Virus record (IMG/VR): IMGVR_UViG_3300037466_001335
Span: 1-64,000 of that record
DNA: 64,000 nt
Reading direction: 5' to 3' (one strand)
Source: a virus
Taxonomy: Duplodnaviria > Caudoviricetes
Positions 37,213 through 46,093 of this stretch are shown here, piece after piece. Numbering within the stretch: position 1 is the first letter of the stretch; the number at the start of each line of letters is the position of its first letter. The position numbers were made by a program, and so were the translations under genes. The notes below the pieces were generated by a model that saw only the letters and a program-made list of their open reading frames with translations, did no database searches and was not told the DNA's origin.

Positions 37213-37420
37213 TCATTTATCAATCTCCGTCAAAATAAACTCAACCTTGTGCACAGACAGTCGCGGCAGATATTGCCATGCATCATCAACCATGTAGTCT
37301 GTAGCCTCAGCAATACATGAAAACACTTTAGCGCCTAATACAGAATTTGTGAGGAACATGTGGCCGTGATACTCTGCAATATATTCTTCGGTTTGTTTGT
37401 CATACAAAACATAATATGTC
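37213..37420 (-). CDS. Hypothetical protein
   Basis: Coupled small ORF starting MTYYVL. Confidence 0.55.
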
Positions 37421-37637
37421 ATTGCACCTTCTCCCAATTGATAAAATCTGCAGGCTCATCGGAGCACCCTTTCAAGCTTTTCGCAAGAGTAAGAATCAAT
37501 TCTTCTGTAAATTGCACATCAGCAACCGCTGAATCTAGGTCAACAATAAATTCTTTCAGTTGCTCATGCGAGAGTGTGGATAGATTGTCGATTAGCGGCT
37601 CTGTGTCAAGCTCGATTTGTGCGTAAAATGTAGTCAT
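37419..37637 (-). CDS. Hypothetical protein
   Basis: Coupled small ORF. Confidence 0.55.
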   Translation of the reverse strand: MTTFYAQIELDTEPLIDNLSTLSHEQLKEFIVDLDSAVADVQFTEELILTLAKSLKGCSDEPADFINWEKVQ

Positions 37638-37939
37638 TCTTCATTCTCCCTAATGTATTGCCTTACAGCGGCATCTGCACACATGCGAAGCGCAACTGTT
37701 GCAACTCCTTCGTTGCCTTCCACCTTATGTGCAGCACTCCAGATGTTGCATAGTTGCTCGTATGACAAACTACTCTTCGGATATTCCTTTTCTGGCTTGA
37801 TGCGGTATTCTGCGTCTTCATCCCAAGTTGGGGCACTACTGAGTGTGTGCCAAGAACTAAAAGATTCATTCCAATATTGAATCTCTGCCCCATCGGCCCA
37901 GGCGTGGATTAGTGCTGCATGACGGTGTGGTTTCATCAT
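37634..37939 (-). CDS. Conserved hypothetical phage protein
   Basis: MKPHRHAALIHAWADGAEIQ...PTWDEDAEYRIKP. Confidence 0.7.
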   Translation of the reverse strand: MMKPHRHAALIHAWADGAEIQYWNESFSSWHTLSSAPTWDEDAEYRIKPEKEYPKSSLSYEQLCNIWSAAHKVEGNEGVATVALRMCADAAVRQYIRENEE

Positions 37940-38118
37940 TCCTCCGTAGTTAATTCATCAATCATCTTAAACAATTCATCCCTCGCCCTATCACGTTCCG
38001 CTAGAGCCACTTCCAATTGCGATTCTGTCCCTTTCCCTTGATAAAACTGTATCATTGCTGTCACTTCGGAGAAATAGGACATCTTAAGCTTTAGCGTGTG
38101 TGCTTGTTGTTTGTTCAT
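37936..38118 (-). CDS. Hypothetical protein
   Basis: Coupled small ORF. Confidence 0.55.
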   Translation of the reverse strand: MNKQQAHTLKLKMSYFSEVTAMIQFYQGKGTESQLEVALAERDRARDELFKMIDELTTEE

Positions 38119-38309
38119 TAATCCTCCCCTTCTGGCTTAGTCCAAGAAATGATTAGAAAATGATCCTTCCATAATTCTAGCTTGACAATGTTAGGCTCGG
38201 TAGCTTTCAGACGATACAACATTCCCATTTGAGCCGAATCGTTCCCGTAATGTTCATACGGCACAGCATCAGGCGCTTGTGAGCTATACCACCATTTTAG
38301 AGTAAGCAT
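38118..38309 (-). CDS. Hypothetical protein
   Basis: Coupled small ORF. Confidence 0.55.
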   Translation of the reverse strand: MLTLKWWYSSQAPDAVPYEHYGNDSAQMGMLYRLKATEPNIVKLELWKDHFLIISWTKPEGED

Positions 38310-38310
38310 G

Positions 38311-38559
38311 TCATTTCCCCTTCATTCTGACAATCTGCTGAATTATGTCAACAGGAACGTTGTTTTCTAGCAAGCTATTCACAAGCTCTAGCCGCTCGGT
38401 GCATTTCGGCCATTTACGAATCCACAACAAAGGTTTGCTATGCTCACTGTACACACGTGCCACCACTGAGCCATCATCGCGCCGAACAGTGACGTTTGCC
38501 AACTGTTTCTTGGATGAATTACTGCTAAAAACTTTGTAGATACCGTGTTGTTCTGCCAT
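38311..38559 (-). CDS. Hypothetical protein
   Basis: Tandem small ORF. Confidence 0.55.
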   Translation of the reverse strand: MAEQHGIYKVFSSNSSKKQLANVTVRRDDGSVVARVYSEHSKPLLWIRKWPKCTERLELVNSLLENNVPVDIIQQIVRMKGK

Positions 38560-38561
38560 GA

Positions 38562-38807
38562 TTACATCTCCCGCATTGCTGCTTTGATCGTCGTTACGCT
38601 GTATGGTGCGCCGTCCGGTGTATGGGTAATGCCATCAGCTTTCAAGTGCGACAGGACAGCTTTTGCCACATCATCGGCCGTGTATCCTCCACGATGCCGC
38701 GCGGCCATTTTGTAATTGCGTGCGAGACGATACAACCCCTCATCGTTATTGATCCACAGAGATACATTCCAGTGGTTCCAATTTTTATGTCCGTTAAACT
38801 TTGCCAT
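38562..38807 (-). CDS. Conserved early phage protein
   Basis: FNGHKNWNHWNVSLWINNDEGLY...TPDGAPYS; AAGGAG RBS. Confidence 0.7.
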   Translation of the reverse strand: MAKFNGHKNWNHWNVSLWINNDEGLYRLARNYKMAARHRGGYTADDVAKAVLSHLKADGITHTPDGAPYSVTTIKAAMREM

Positions 38808-39081
38808 GATGTTCTCCTTGTTTGTTAGCGCCCTATGCGCCTTCCATGTAGAGCATCTTAGACCAGCACACGAAGCCCGTCAAGCCACCAAAGCACAAAT
38901 AGTTAGAGTGTCGCCTCTAAATTATCTAGTAAAATTCTTGTTGACATATCATCCGTAAGAGTGATATTCTGTGTCCATCAGTTCAAGAGTGGCTTTGCCG
39001 CTAATCCAGAGATTGATTAATCCACCCCTGCGCGATTGGTTTGTGAGCGGGCAAAAAGAAAGCGCCCCGAAGGGCGCATGC

Positions 39082-39495
39082 TCATACATCAAACTCAACT
39101 AACGCAAGGAACCCGCTAGTATCCACTGTAACACCGCTGGGAACGTCGTTTAGCTTGAGGATACCGTCTTTAAAGTGATCCTTGCGAATCCTTGCCAGCA
39201 TGCCTAGGAACAGGTCAGAGTTGGCGTACGATCCATACTTAGCATGTGTGCGGAAAGCATGCATATCGCAATGAGAACGTTTCAACACTGGCACAGAGAT
39301 ATACTCGTAAGCAAGCGTGTCGTCCATGTTGAACATCTGTTGCGGTTTTGCGCGGAAAGAGATTTTAGCCATGTTATCACCTAATACTTGCACTAACTGT
39401 ATATCCGTTGCATTTAGTAATATAGACGTTCCAACCGTCAATACTGATGATGTAATCTCGCCAGTGGCCGTCTTCAGTTTCCCAACGTTTATCAC
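39082..39495 (-). CDS. Hypothetical protein
   Basis: ORF track; GCGCCC-UUCG-GGGCGC terminator follows at 39050-39077. Confidence 0.6.
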   Translation of the reverse strand: MINVGKLKTATGEITSSVLTVGTSILLNATDIQLVQVLGDNMAKISFRAKPQQMFNMDDTLAYEYISVPVLKRSHCDMHAFRTHAKYGSYANSDLFLGMLARIRKDHFKDGILKLNDVPSGVTVDTSGFLALVEFDV

Positions 39496-39578
39496 TTACA
39501 ATCGTACCGTAGCGAAGACAGTGTTTTGCGAAAGCTTCGGGCGGTTGGCTGTACATAAACATAGTAGTGCTCATAGTT

Positions 39579-39785
39579 TCACATCCACATGATAGAAGGT
39601 TGATTACGTCCAGCCGCGCGCGCCATTCGGCAGGCTTTATCAAAATGTTCTAGGCAAGCTTCCTTGGCTTTCTTCGCGTCGTCAAAACGTCCGATCTTTA
39701 CAGGTTTTTGGTCATAGTCGTCTCCGTCATCTTTAATCTTGTGCAGCGATGCAAGGCCGTTTGCGATGTAGTAGCAGTAGATCAT
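39579..39785 (-). CDS. Hypothetical protein
   Basis: Start MIYCYY; TTGACA-17-TAATAT upstream. Confidence 0.55.
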   Translation of the reverse strand: MIYCYYIANGLASLHKIKDDGDDYDQKPVKIGRFDDAKKAKEACLEHFDKACRMARAAGRNQPSIMWM

Positions 39786-40158
39786 TTTGTTACCCCTTCT
39801 CGTTTCGTTGAACATGTAGCCATATTAGAGCATGCAATCTGACGTGTCAAGCACTAAAAGCAAAACAAGCAAATTTCTTAGTGTTTTATGCGCCTCTATA
39901 TAGCATGTCTCTAGGACGCATACATCTAGGATGAACATGTAGCGGTCATACAGCTAAACCCTGGCTATCCGCTGTAGCGATATTCATTATCACGACATTC
40001 ATTATCACGATAAGCATTAAAAACAAAAGCCCGCACAAAGGCGAGCTAACAAGAATTTCCAAATTGTAAATACCCCCCCCGTTAATCCCAAGCCCTAAGC
40101 ATTCCTGGCTCGGCAACGAATTTCTCCTCATAATCGTTTTTACAACTTGAAAATAAAA

Positions 40159-40362
40159 TCATCCCTCCATTTTCACCCTCCTAGCCGCCATCCCTTGAAA
40201 TTCCCAATAGAATGGATCAATCACCATGTGAGTGTTTAGCATCCTAACACGTCCTCTTGATCCGTAATTCTTGAGGACAACATATTCGTCCTCGCAGAAT
40301 TCTATAATGTCTAGCGGCTTGAAACGTTCCTCTTTATTTGTTGTGCCTAACACTTTCCTCAT
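40159..40362 (-). CDS. Hypothetical protein
   Basis: ORF track with RBS. Confidence 0.55.
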   Translation of the reverse strand: MRKVLGTTNKEERFKPLDIIEFCEDEYVVLKNYGSRGRVRMLNTHMVIDPFYWEFQGMAARRVKMEG

Positions 40363-40376
40363 ATTCCCTTCTCCAT

Positions 40377-40586
40377 TTACGGCATGATAAGAAGATAACG
40401 AGCAGCTTGTACGAATGTTCGCATTTCAACTGGCAAGTCCCACTTGTCGTCAAACTGGTATCGCAAGTTAAGATGCTCCATCTGTTGAGGCCAATCCTTA
40501 CCGGCAGATGCTTGGTTGATGTAAGCGTAAAGTTCGTAGCCCTGCACGCTTAGAATTGTAATTTCATCTTTCGATAGTTCGGCCAT
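40377..40586 (-). CDS. Hypothetical protein
   Basis: GGAG RBS; TTGACT-18-TACAAT upstream. Confidence 0.55.
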   Translation of the reverse strand: MAELSKDEITILSVQGYELYAYINQASAGKDWPQQMEHLNLRYQFDDKWDLPVEMRTFVQAARYLLIMP

Positions 40587-40644
40587 CCCACTCTCCTGTG
40601 ATTTTGTTTAGTGTGCACATTGTAGAATGGGAATGGTGTGTTAG

Positions 40645-41037
40645 TCAAGTGTTTGTTTGCTTTAGATTCGATAGCTCGCGCTCAAGCTTGCGGATACGGG
40701 CGGCATACGAAGCGGCGAGCATGCGCAATTCGGCAATCTCGGCATCTTTGAAATAGCCCGTGCCGTGCATCTGCTTCGACGCCTCCGTGTTGTAGTGGTC
40801 CGCCATGCGTTCGGGCCAACGCTTCGGCAGGGTGATATCTGCGATATCTTCCCCAATAGGGGAGGAGACAGGAGCGGTTGTATCCACTGACGTGTCTACT
40901 GTGCGGCGGGCAAATGCACGTTTTCGTGCGCAGGGCCAGACATTACCCACTTCGTCGAAGCAAATGTCGCAAGTCTTTCTACAGGCTTCCTCGTCAAACG
41001 CCGCGCGCTCTGCGTCCATGTTCAGTTCAGTGCTCAT
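40645..41037 (-). CDS. Hypothetical protein, GC-rich
   Basis: DAERAAF and EIAELR motifs typical of betaproteobacterial prophage accessory proteins. Confidence 0.6.
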   Translation of the reverse strand: MSTELNMDAERAAFDEEACRKTCDICFDEVGNVWPCARKRAFARRTVDTSVDTTAPVSSPIGEDIADITLPKRWPERMADHYNTEASKQMHGTGYFKDAEIAELRMLAASYAARIRKLERELSNLKQTNT

Positions 41038-41975
41038 TTCTTCTCCTGTTCCGCGTTGGAGGCGATTGCTGCGTCGATGGCGGCGCGCTTGTTTGCCCCT
41101 TTGCCGGCGATCCGTCCGCGTGCGTCCAGCAGGTAGAATTCCTGGTCGATGATCTCGAAATGAAAACCGCTGATGTTCAGTAGCAGGTCCAGCCGTGCCG
41201 TATCGCGGCTGTCCTTTTCCGCAGATGGGGAAGGAGCGGCGCGGTTAGAATCGATTGCGACGCGCGTATAGTTCAGCAGCGCTGGCATGCCGATAGTGCC
41301 CTGAGTAGCCTTTTGCCAGCTATCGGCATTCCATGTGAAATACGAGTTCGCTAACTCGAACACCTGTTCTCCAGATCGCAAATCGAAAGGCACCGCAGAA
41401 GCAGTCTGTTTGATATGCCTAACACAGGCATCCCAGCCACCTCCCCAATAGTCGAGCGGCTTCCAGCCAACGTGGCTATCGTTCTTAAATCGCTCGTTGA
41501 ACGATTCCTCGATTTGCGCCCGCTCATCCGCCAGAGGTGCGCCCGAAGCTTGTCCGGTAAGCGCGGGAGGTTGGGTGGCGATTGCGTTGTTTGCGAAAAG
41601 CGGGACCGGCGAATGCTTCACGCCGTGTTTATCCATCACGCTGTCTATGTCGCCATCGCTGAAAAGTGCGGCCTCCCATGCAACGGTTCCTTCCAGTTGC
41701 GGAACCAGTTCTGGCGGGCAACTTGTGCGTGCACCTTCAAACGTCAGCAGCTTCGGAACCAGCCATGCATCTGGCTTCTGGCCATCAGCCCCGGCAGCGG
41801 CTGTTCCGTCGCTCCCGCTGGCCTTATTATGCTCCAACACAATCTCACACGCAGCATGTCGAGCGTCACGATGGCCTTCTCTGTATGCGTAGTATTCCTG
41901 TGTAGTGGCAAAGTGTGACAGAGTTTTCTTTGTAGTGATGTTCATAATATCCATGTTCAGCTTGTCGATGTTCAT
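41034..41975 (-). CDS. Mosaic hypothetical protein, GC-rich
   Basis: AT-richer N-terminus joined to GC-rich segments (APLADERAQ, RDTARLDLL). Confidence 0.6.
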   Translation of the reverse strand: MNIDKLNMDIMNITTKKTLSHFATTQEYYAYREGHRDARHAACEIVLEHNKASGSDGTAAAGADGQKPDAWLVPKLLTFEGARTSCPPELVPQLEGTVAWEAALFSDGDIDSVMDKHGVKHSPVPLFANNAIATQPPALTGQASGAPLADERAQIEESFNERFKNDSHVGWKPLDYWGGGWDACVRHIKQTASAVPFDLRSGEQVFELANSYFTWNADSWQKATQGTIGMPALLNYTRVAIDSNRAAPSPSAEKDSRDTARLDLLLNISGFHFEIIDQEFYLLDARGRIAGKGANKRAAIDAAIASNAEQEKK

Positions 41976-41976
41976 T

Positions 41977-43002
41977 TCACTCTCCACCATTCAGAAGATA
42001 CGAATTGCTCACAGCTTTGAACGAATACTCGGGATTGCTCAGGCTCTTGAACACAACACCTTCTGCAATCTTGTTGTTGATGCTAGGACGTTCAGCGTAC
42101 GCAAGGAAATCTTGCACAGATTTGAAAGCTGAAAGGTCGTCGTAGTCAATCACAGGAGTATGTTGCAACTCAAGTCGTTTGCAGACGGCATGTCGCACTT
42201 CTGCACCAAGATAGCGTTGTTCGTCAATATCAAAGATGTCAAACACACTAAACTCATGGTGCGCGATACCTTCCCAATTGCCATTGATACCACTACCCCA
42301 CAATTCGCCCTGAATGGCGATGTTTTTACCGTACGCACGAAGCTTTTCTTCTAAGCCAAGTTCAACAGCTTTCTTGATGAAGGCGTTGTCTTTGTTCTCA
42401 TCATTAATCTTCAGTTCCAGGTTACGAGAGCATACACCAAAGTCACCGTTGTTGTAAAAGACCGTCATGCTGCTGCCGTCAATCTTAAGTGTCACTTCGT
42501 ACACATCGTCCAAATGCTCTTGCGTGAAACTCTTGAACACGTTCTGGATGCGCTCTTGATCAGTCTTGCGGAGGAACGAAGGGAAGTATCCCTTGGCTTG
42601 CCCTGCAAGCTGGGGAGACAGGGGGCGCTCCCATTTTTGGATGTTGAGGGCTGCGCTAACGTCTTGGCCGACTACATCCGTATTGGTGGTGGGCGGAAGC
42701 TCGTAGACTACGCTCAGCGGAAGAATCAACCCTTGGCTAAGTTCTCCACGAAGTTTGATCGAACGAAGCCTCTCACCCTTCACACCATTGTATTCGCGAG
42801 GCTCTTTACCTTTCGACAGGAATGGGGCAACTTCGTTAGGAATCCACGAATCGATTTCGCAGAAAACCACGGTCTCCCCTGTTTTATATTGCCCTTTTTC
42901 AACTACGCATTGCCAGCCACCGATTTTCGCAAGCTCAAGTTTTTCAGCGTTGTTGTGAGGGTGTACCAAATCAATTGTTTGAATAGTCGCCATCTGACGC
43001 AT
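41977..43002 (-). CDS. RNA ligase, Rnl2/DRB0094 family
   Basis: N-terminal IDLVHPHNNAEKLELAKIGGWQCVV domain; KIDG, QGELWG, FSVFDI, EGVVFK, FKAVS nucleotidyltransferase motifs. Confidence 0.9.
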   Translation of the reverse strand: MRQMATIQTIDLVHPHNNAEKLELAKIGGWQCVVEKGQYKTGETVVFCEIDSWIPNEVAPFLSKGKEPREYNGVKGERLRSIKLRGELSQGLILPLSVVYELPPTTNTDVVGQDVSAALNIQKWERPLSPQLAGQAKGYFPSFLRKTDQERIQNVFKSFTQEHLDDVYEVTLKIDGSSMTVFYNNGDFGVCSRNLELKINDENKDNAFIKKAVELGLEEKLRAYGKNIAIQGELWGSGINGNWEGIAHHEFSVFDIFDIDEQRYLGAEVRHAVCKRLELQHTPVIDYDDLSAFKSVQDFLAYAERPSINNKIAEGVVFKSLSNPEYSFKAVSNSYLLNGGE

Positions 43003-43378
43003 TTAAATATCTCCTAGCTTTATCTAAAATATAAGGGTTGTCGTTAAACATACCAAGGCCTTTGTTGCAAGCATTGCACAACAAACCTCTCACCTTGTTT
43101 GTCTTATGACAATGATCTACTGCCACAACATCCAGAGGTTGCCCCCGCTTTTTTAACGGCATTCTCATATCTATGCCGCAAATACCGCACTTCCCACACT
43201 GCGCAATCCACCAAGCTTCAAATTCTTCCAGTGTAATGCCATATTTCTTTTGGAGTTGCCAGTCTCTTGCGTAATGTGCCCGATCTGTGGAGTTGTTTGC
43301 AACCTTACATGCGGCACATCGCGTGTACTCAATACGAGTTACAAAATTTTCACAGTCCAAACACTTCTTTTTAGACAC
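42971..43378 (-). CDS. Endonuclease VII-like (His-Me finger) endonuclease
   Basis: YGITLEE...QCGKCGICG...VDHCHKTNKVRGLLCNACNKGLG. Confidence 0.85.
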   Translation of the reverse strand: MSKKKCLDCENFVTRIEYTRCAACKVANNSTDRAHYARDWQLQKKYGITLEEFEAWWIAQCGKCGICGIDMRMPLKKRGQPLDVVAVDHCHKTNKVRGLLCNACNKGLGMFNDNPYILDKARRYLNASDGDYSNN

Positions 43379-43474
43379 TCTGCGTTTTTCTTTTCTCAAG
43401 TTCTTCCTTAAGTTTGTTAAGATGGTCGTATCTTATAGTAAGAATCTTATACTTGTCAAGAACTTTTCGCACAA

Positions 43475-43498
43475 AAGAAAAAGCCCTCCGAAGAGGGC
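43475..43498 (-). terminator. Rho-independent terminator
   Basis: GCCCUC-UUCG-GAGGGC then UUUUCUUUU. Confidence 0.8.
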
Positions 43499-43537
43499 AA
43501 AGTGCTTCACGAGGGAGGGTTGTCTCTGGCGAAACTG

Positions 43538-44200
43538 TTACATAACACCTTGCAGCAGTTTGGCAAGCTTCAGGGCGAATTCCATCATTTTCTCGTCCAC
43601 CTCAGCTTGCGACACGCCCGGACCCGGCACAACAGGCTGCATCAACGTGGGCGACTCCGCAGCCACTTGGCCCAACTCGGACAGATAGCGTTTCATTGCT
43701 GCCTCGCTGCGCTTGTTCGATTTCTTGTTGTAGGCACGCTTCGTCTTGGCCTTCTCTTCAGCCGAACGAACCACCTTTGCACCTTCCGGGTTGTTTGCTG
43801 TCGCAACACCTTTCTGCTCAGGCTTCTTTGTTTCCTTGTCGTGCATCTCCTGCGCAAGCTGTTGCAGCGTTTCCGGTTCGTCCTTCTTTTCCTCATCTTT
43901 CTTGACAAGCACAAGGTTGGCATCGTTAAGCTTGCGAGGCAAAGCCTTCGTCTTCGGAAAGCGTTGACGCACAAGGATGTCATGCTCCGGAATGTTGGCA
44001 TGCTTGGCATACGCACGAGCCACTTGCAGAGCCTGCTCAGGGTTGAGATGTTCCGTGTGCATGTAAAAATCGTAGCCTACTTCCACGTCCTTGCCGTCCA
44101 TGTAGGCTTTGAGACGACCGTTGCCACTTTCTTTCGACTCCACGTCAAAGATGACAGGGGTGTTCGTCAGGGGATAGATTCGTGCGATAACTTGTTTCAT
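43538..44200 (-). CDS. Hypothetical early protein with highly expressed codon usage
   Basis: GGAG RBS; own promoter (TTGACA-17-TAAGAT, about 44325-44352) and terminator. Confidence 0.7.
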   Translation of the reverse strand: MKQVIARIYPLTNTPVIFDVESKESGNGRLKAYMDGKDVEVGYDFYMHTEHLNPEQALQVARAYAKHANIPEHDILVRQRFPKTKALPRKLNDANLVLVKKDEEKKDEPETLQQLAQEMHDKETKKPEQKGVATANNPEGAKVVRSAEEKAKTKRAYNKKSNKRSEAAMKRYLSELGQVAAESPTLMQPVVPGPGVSQAEVDEKMMEFALKLAKLLQGVM

Positions 44201-44430
44201 GATGATGTTGCTCCTATATAGTGTTTGCGTGTATTTAGTTAAGTAGTGCTACTTATGAATTTGTCAGCTTCGACAGCTTTGCTTCTTCTTTGGCATCGCT
44301 GTGTTGCGCTGTCGATGAAGTGCATCTTATCTAATGGTGTTGTACCTGTCAAGCGTGTTAGGTCAAAAACTACAAATATTTCTTGATGTTTGCTGTCGAG
44401 CATGCTAGGAAGTGAAAATTCACAGCCAGC

Positions 44431-44446
44431 CTGTATGCATAAACAG
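44431..44446. promoter_or_regulatory. LexA (SOS) box candidate
   Basis: CTGTATGCATAAACAG matches CTGT-N8-ACAG. Confidence 0.55.
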
Positions 44447-44889
44447 TGGTAGTGTCAGCAAAGTCCTACGTAAATACTCGGGTATGTGAGAATCGCGTGA
44501 TAATTTCCTTGTGCTGAGCATGTTCAAGGTCTATATTGAACACAAGACGAGTGTAATTCTTGCGCTATCTATCTTCTGTACGGCGCTTAACGTTACATTG
44601 TTAGTGAGTGACCTATCAGAATTGATAGGGTGTGCCCTGTAGGGTGAGAGTAGGATGAACACTAGAGATAGTTTTTGAACCGTGTAACTTACGGGTAGGG
44701 CCATCTATCGTCTTTTGAAAAGCAACCGCTATGGATTAGTGGGTAGGGAGAGGTACATTCTGAATTTGCAGCCCTGGAGGTTGCACGGGAGAGATGCGCC
44801 TAGAGGGATGTGAAAGGAATACAGAAGGGCGTGTTGCTGGAGGAGAGTTGGAATAAAGTGTAGAAGAGAATTTAGAGGGGATGCCCAAG

Positions 44890-44931
44890 ATACCCCTCGT
44901 TGATGACATTATGTGCTGGATTCTAGCTCAG
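44890..44931 (+). repeat. Site B of the dispersed 42-bp direct repeat (partner at 26261-26302)
   Basis: ATACCCCTCGTTGATGACA-N9-GGATT-N5-TCAG. Confidence 0.75.
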
Positions 44932-44964
44932 CAGCTAACTTCTCGTTATAAATTGCTGCCAAAT

Positions 44965-45612
44965 TCAGAAATCATTTTTAGCCATCTCCACCATTCGTGT
45001 GCCGAAGAACACAACTTTTTCAGCATCGTACAAGCCATCGTCGTAGCCCTTCTTAGCCACACCTAGTGCTCGTGCTGCACAGGAGCGCCAGATGGCTTTG
45101 AAAGCGTTCCCTTCAGCATAGTTCATGTTGAGCGCTTCGATGATGTCGTTGCACTCGGCTACGTAAGGAGCGCTGTCAGGGTTAGTGGGTTTACTCACTT
45201 CGACTTTATAGTAGCTGACAGACGAGCCTGTGTATTCTTCTGAAGGTTGTTCTTCATCTTGCGTAGCATCCTCTTCCACAACTTCAAAACGGCACTTATG
45301 CCAAGAGGCGTTGATGCCCTCCAACACATAATCTTTCTCAAGATACTCGCCGGTGGCAACATAAATTTCACCACGCTTAAGTGCATACTCGGCGCGTTCA
45401 TCGTCAATACAACGTACGCGAAAAGGGAACTCGGGCTGTTCATCTTGAACTTCCGTGTCATCCACCATCAGCAGCCTTGCACCATGCCCGTGCTCACCGA
45501 GCAAGCGATACCAGCCAGGGGACGCCAAAATACATTCTACAGTGAACACTTTACCAACTTCCCCCTTATACCACAGATCATCGTGTGCACTTTTAATCAC
45601 TTTCACCTTCAT
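44965..45612 (-). CDS. Protein with small N-terminal beta domains and C-terminal DUF3310-like domain
   Basis: YTGSSVSYY...ECNDIIEALNMNYAEGNAFKAIWR...YDAEK. Confidence 0.65.
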   Translation of the reverse strand: MKVKVIKSAHDDLWYKGEVGKVFTVECILASPGWYRLLGEHGHGARLLMVDDTEVQDEQPEFPFRVRCIDDERAEYALKRGEIYVATGEYLEKDYVLEGINASWHKCRFEVVEEDATQDEEQPSEEYTGSSVSYYKVEVSKPTNPDSAPYVAECNDIIEALNMNYAEGNAFKAIWRSCAARALGVAKKGYDDGLYDAEKVVFFGTRMVEMAKNDF

Positions 45613-45781
45613 AACACCCTCCCATAAAATTTGACAACAAGCTGCATCATACTCTCCTACGACGCCACTGTCAAGCCCGTCCTGCTAAGATTGTTGTGCA
45701 GCGTAGCAGGCTTAAAATTGTTGTTGACAAAGCGCTGCGATATGTGAGAGTATGGCTGCACTGAACTAACAAGGAGGGTGT

Positions 45782-46093
45782 ATGAATTTCCCAATTGGAA
45801 GTATTTGCACAATAGTGCAGTCAGGAGATGTTCAAGCAAAATTTGTAGGGCTAGAGTGTACAGTTGTTGAAGGGCCAATTCCTCTGGATACACGCTGTGC
45901 GAACGGGGATTTGGAAGAATTTCAAGGTTATTTGATAGTTGTTGAGGGCATGGGGGACACCGAATTTGGAGTGAAGCCCCAGTCGCTCAAACTTAAGCGC
46001 TACCCAGGACAACTTGACTCTTGGGCAACAGAGAAAGTGAAGCAGCTTTTCACGCCAAATCCAAAACTTGTAGAGGAGATGGTACATGACTAA
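45782..46093 (+). CDS. Hypothetical protein
   Basis: AAGGAGG RBS; first gene of the rightward block. Confidence 0.65.
   Translation: MNFPIGSICTIVQSGDVQAKFVGLECTVVEGPIPLDTRCANGDLEEFQGYLIVVEGMGDTEFGVKPQSLKLKRYPGQLDSWATEKVKQLFTPNPKLVEEMVHD

Larger units (their letters stand above)
27817..45674 (-). promoter_or_regulatory. Array of at least 10 leftward sigma70-type promoters across the early block
   Basis: Examples: 33654-33682 TTGACA-17-TATAAT; 34932-34961 TTGACA-18-TACTAT; 35269-35297 TTGACA-17-TAGAAT; 37156-37184 TTGACA-17-TACACT; similar near 38860, 39830, 40630, 44340, 45660. Confidence 0.75.
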
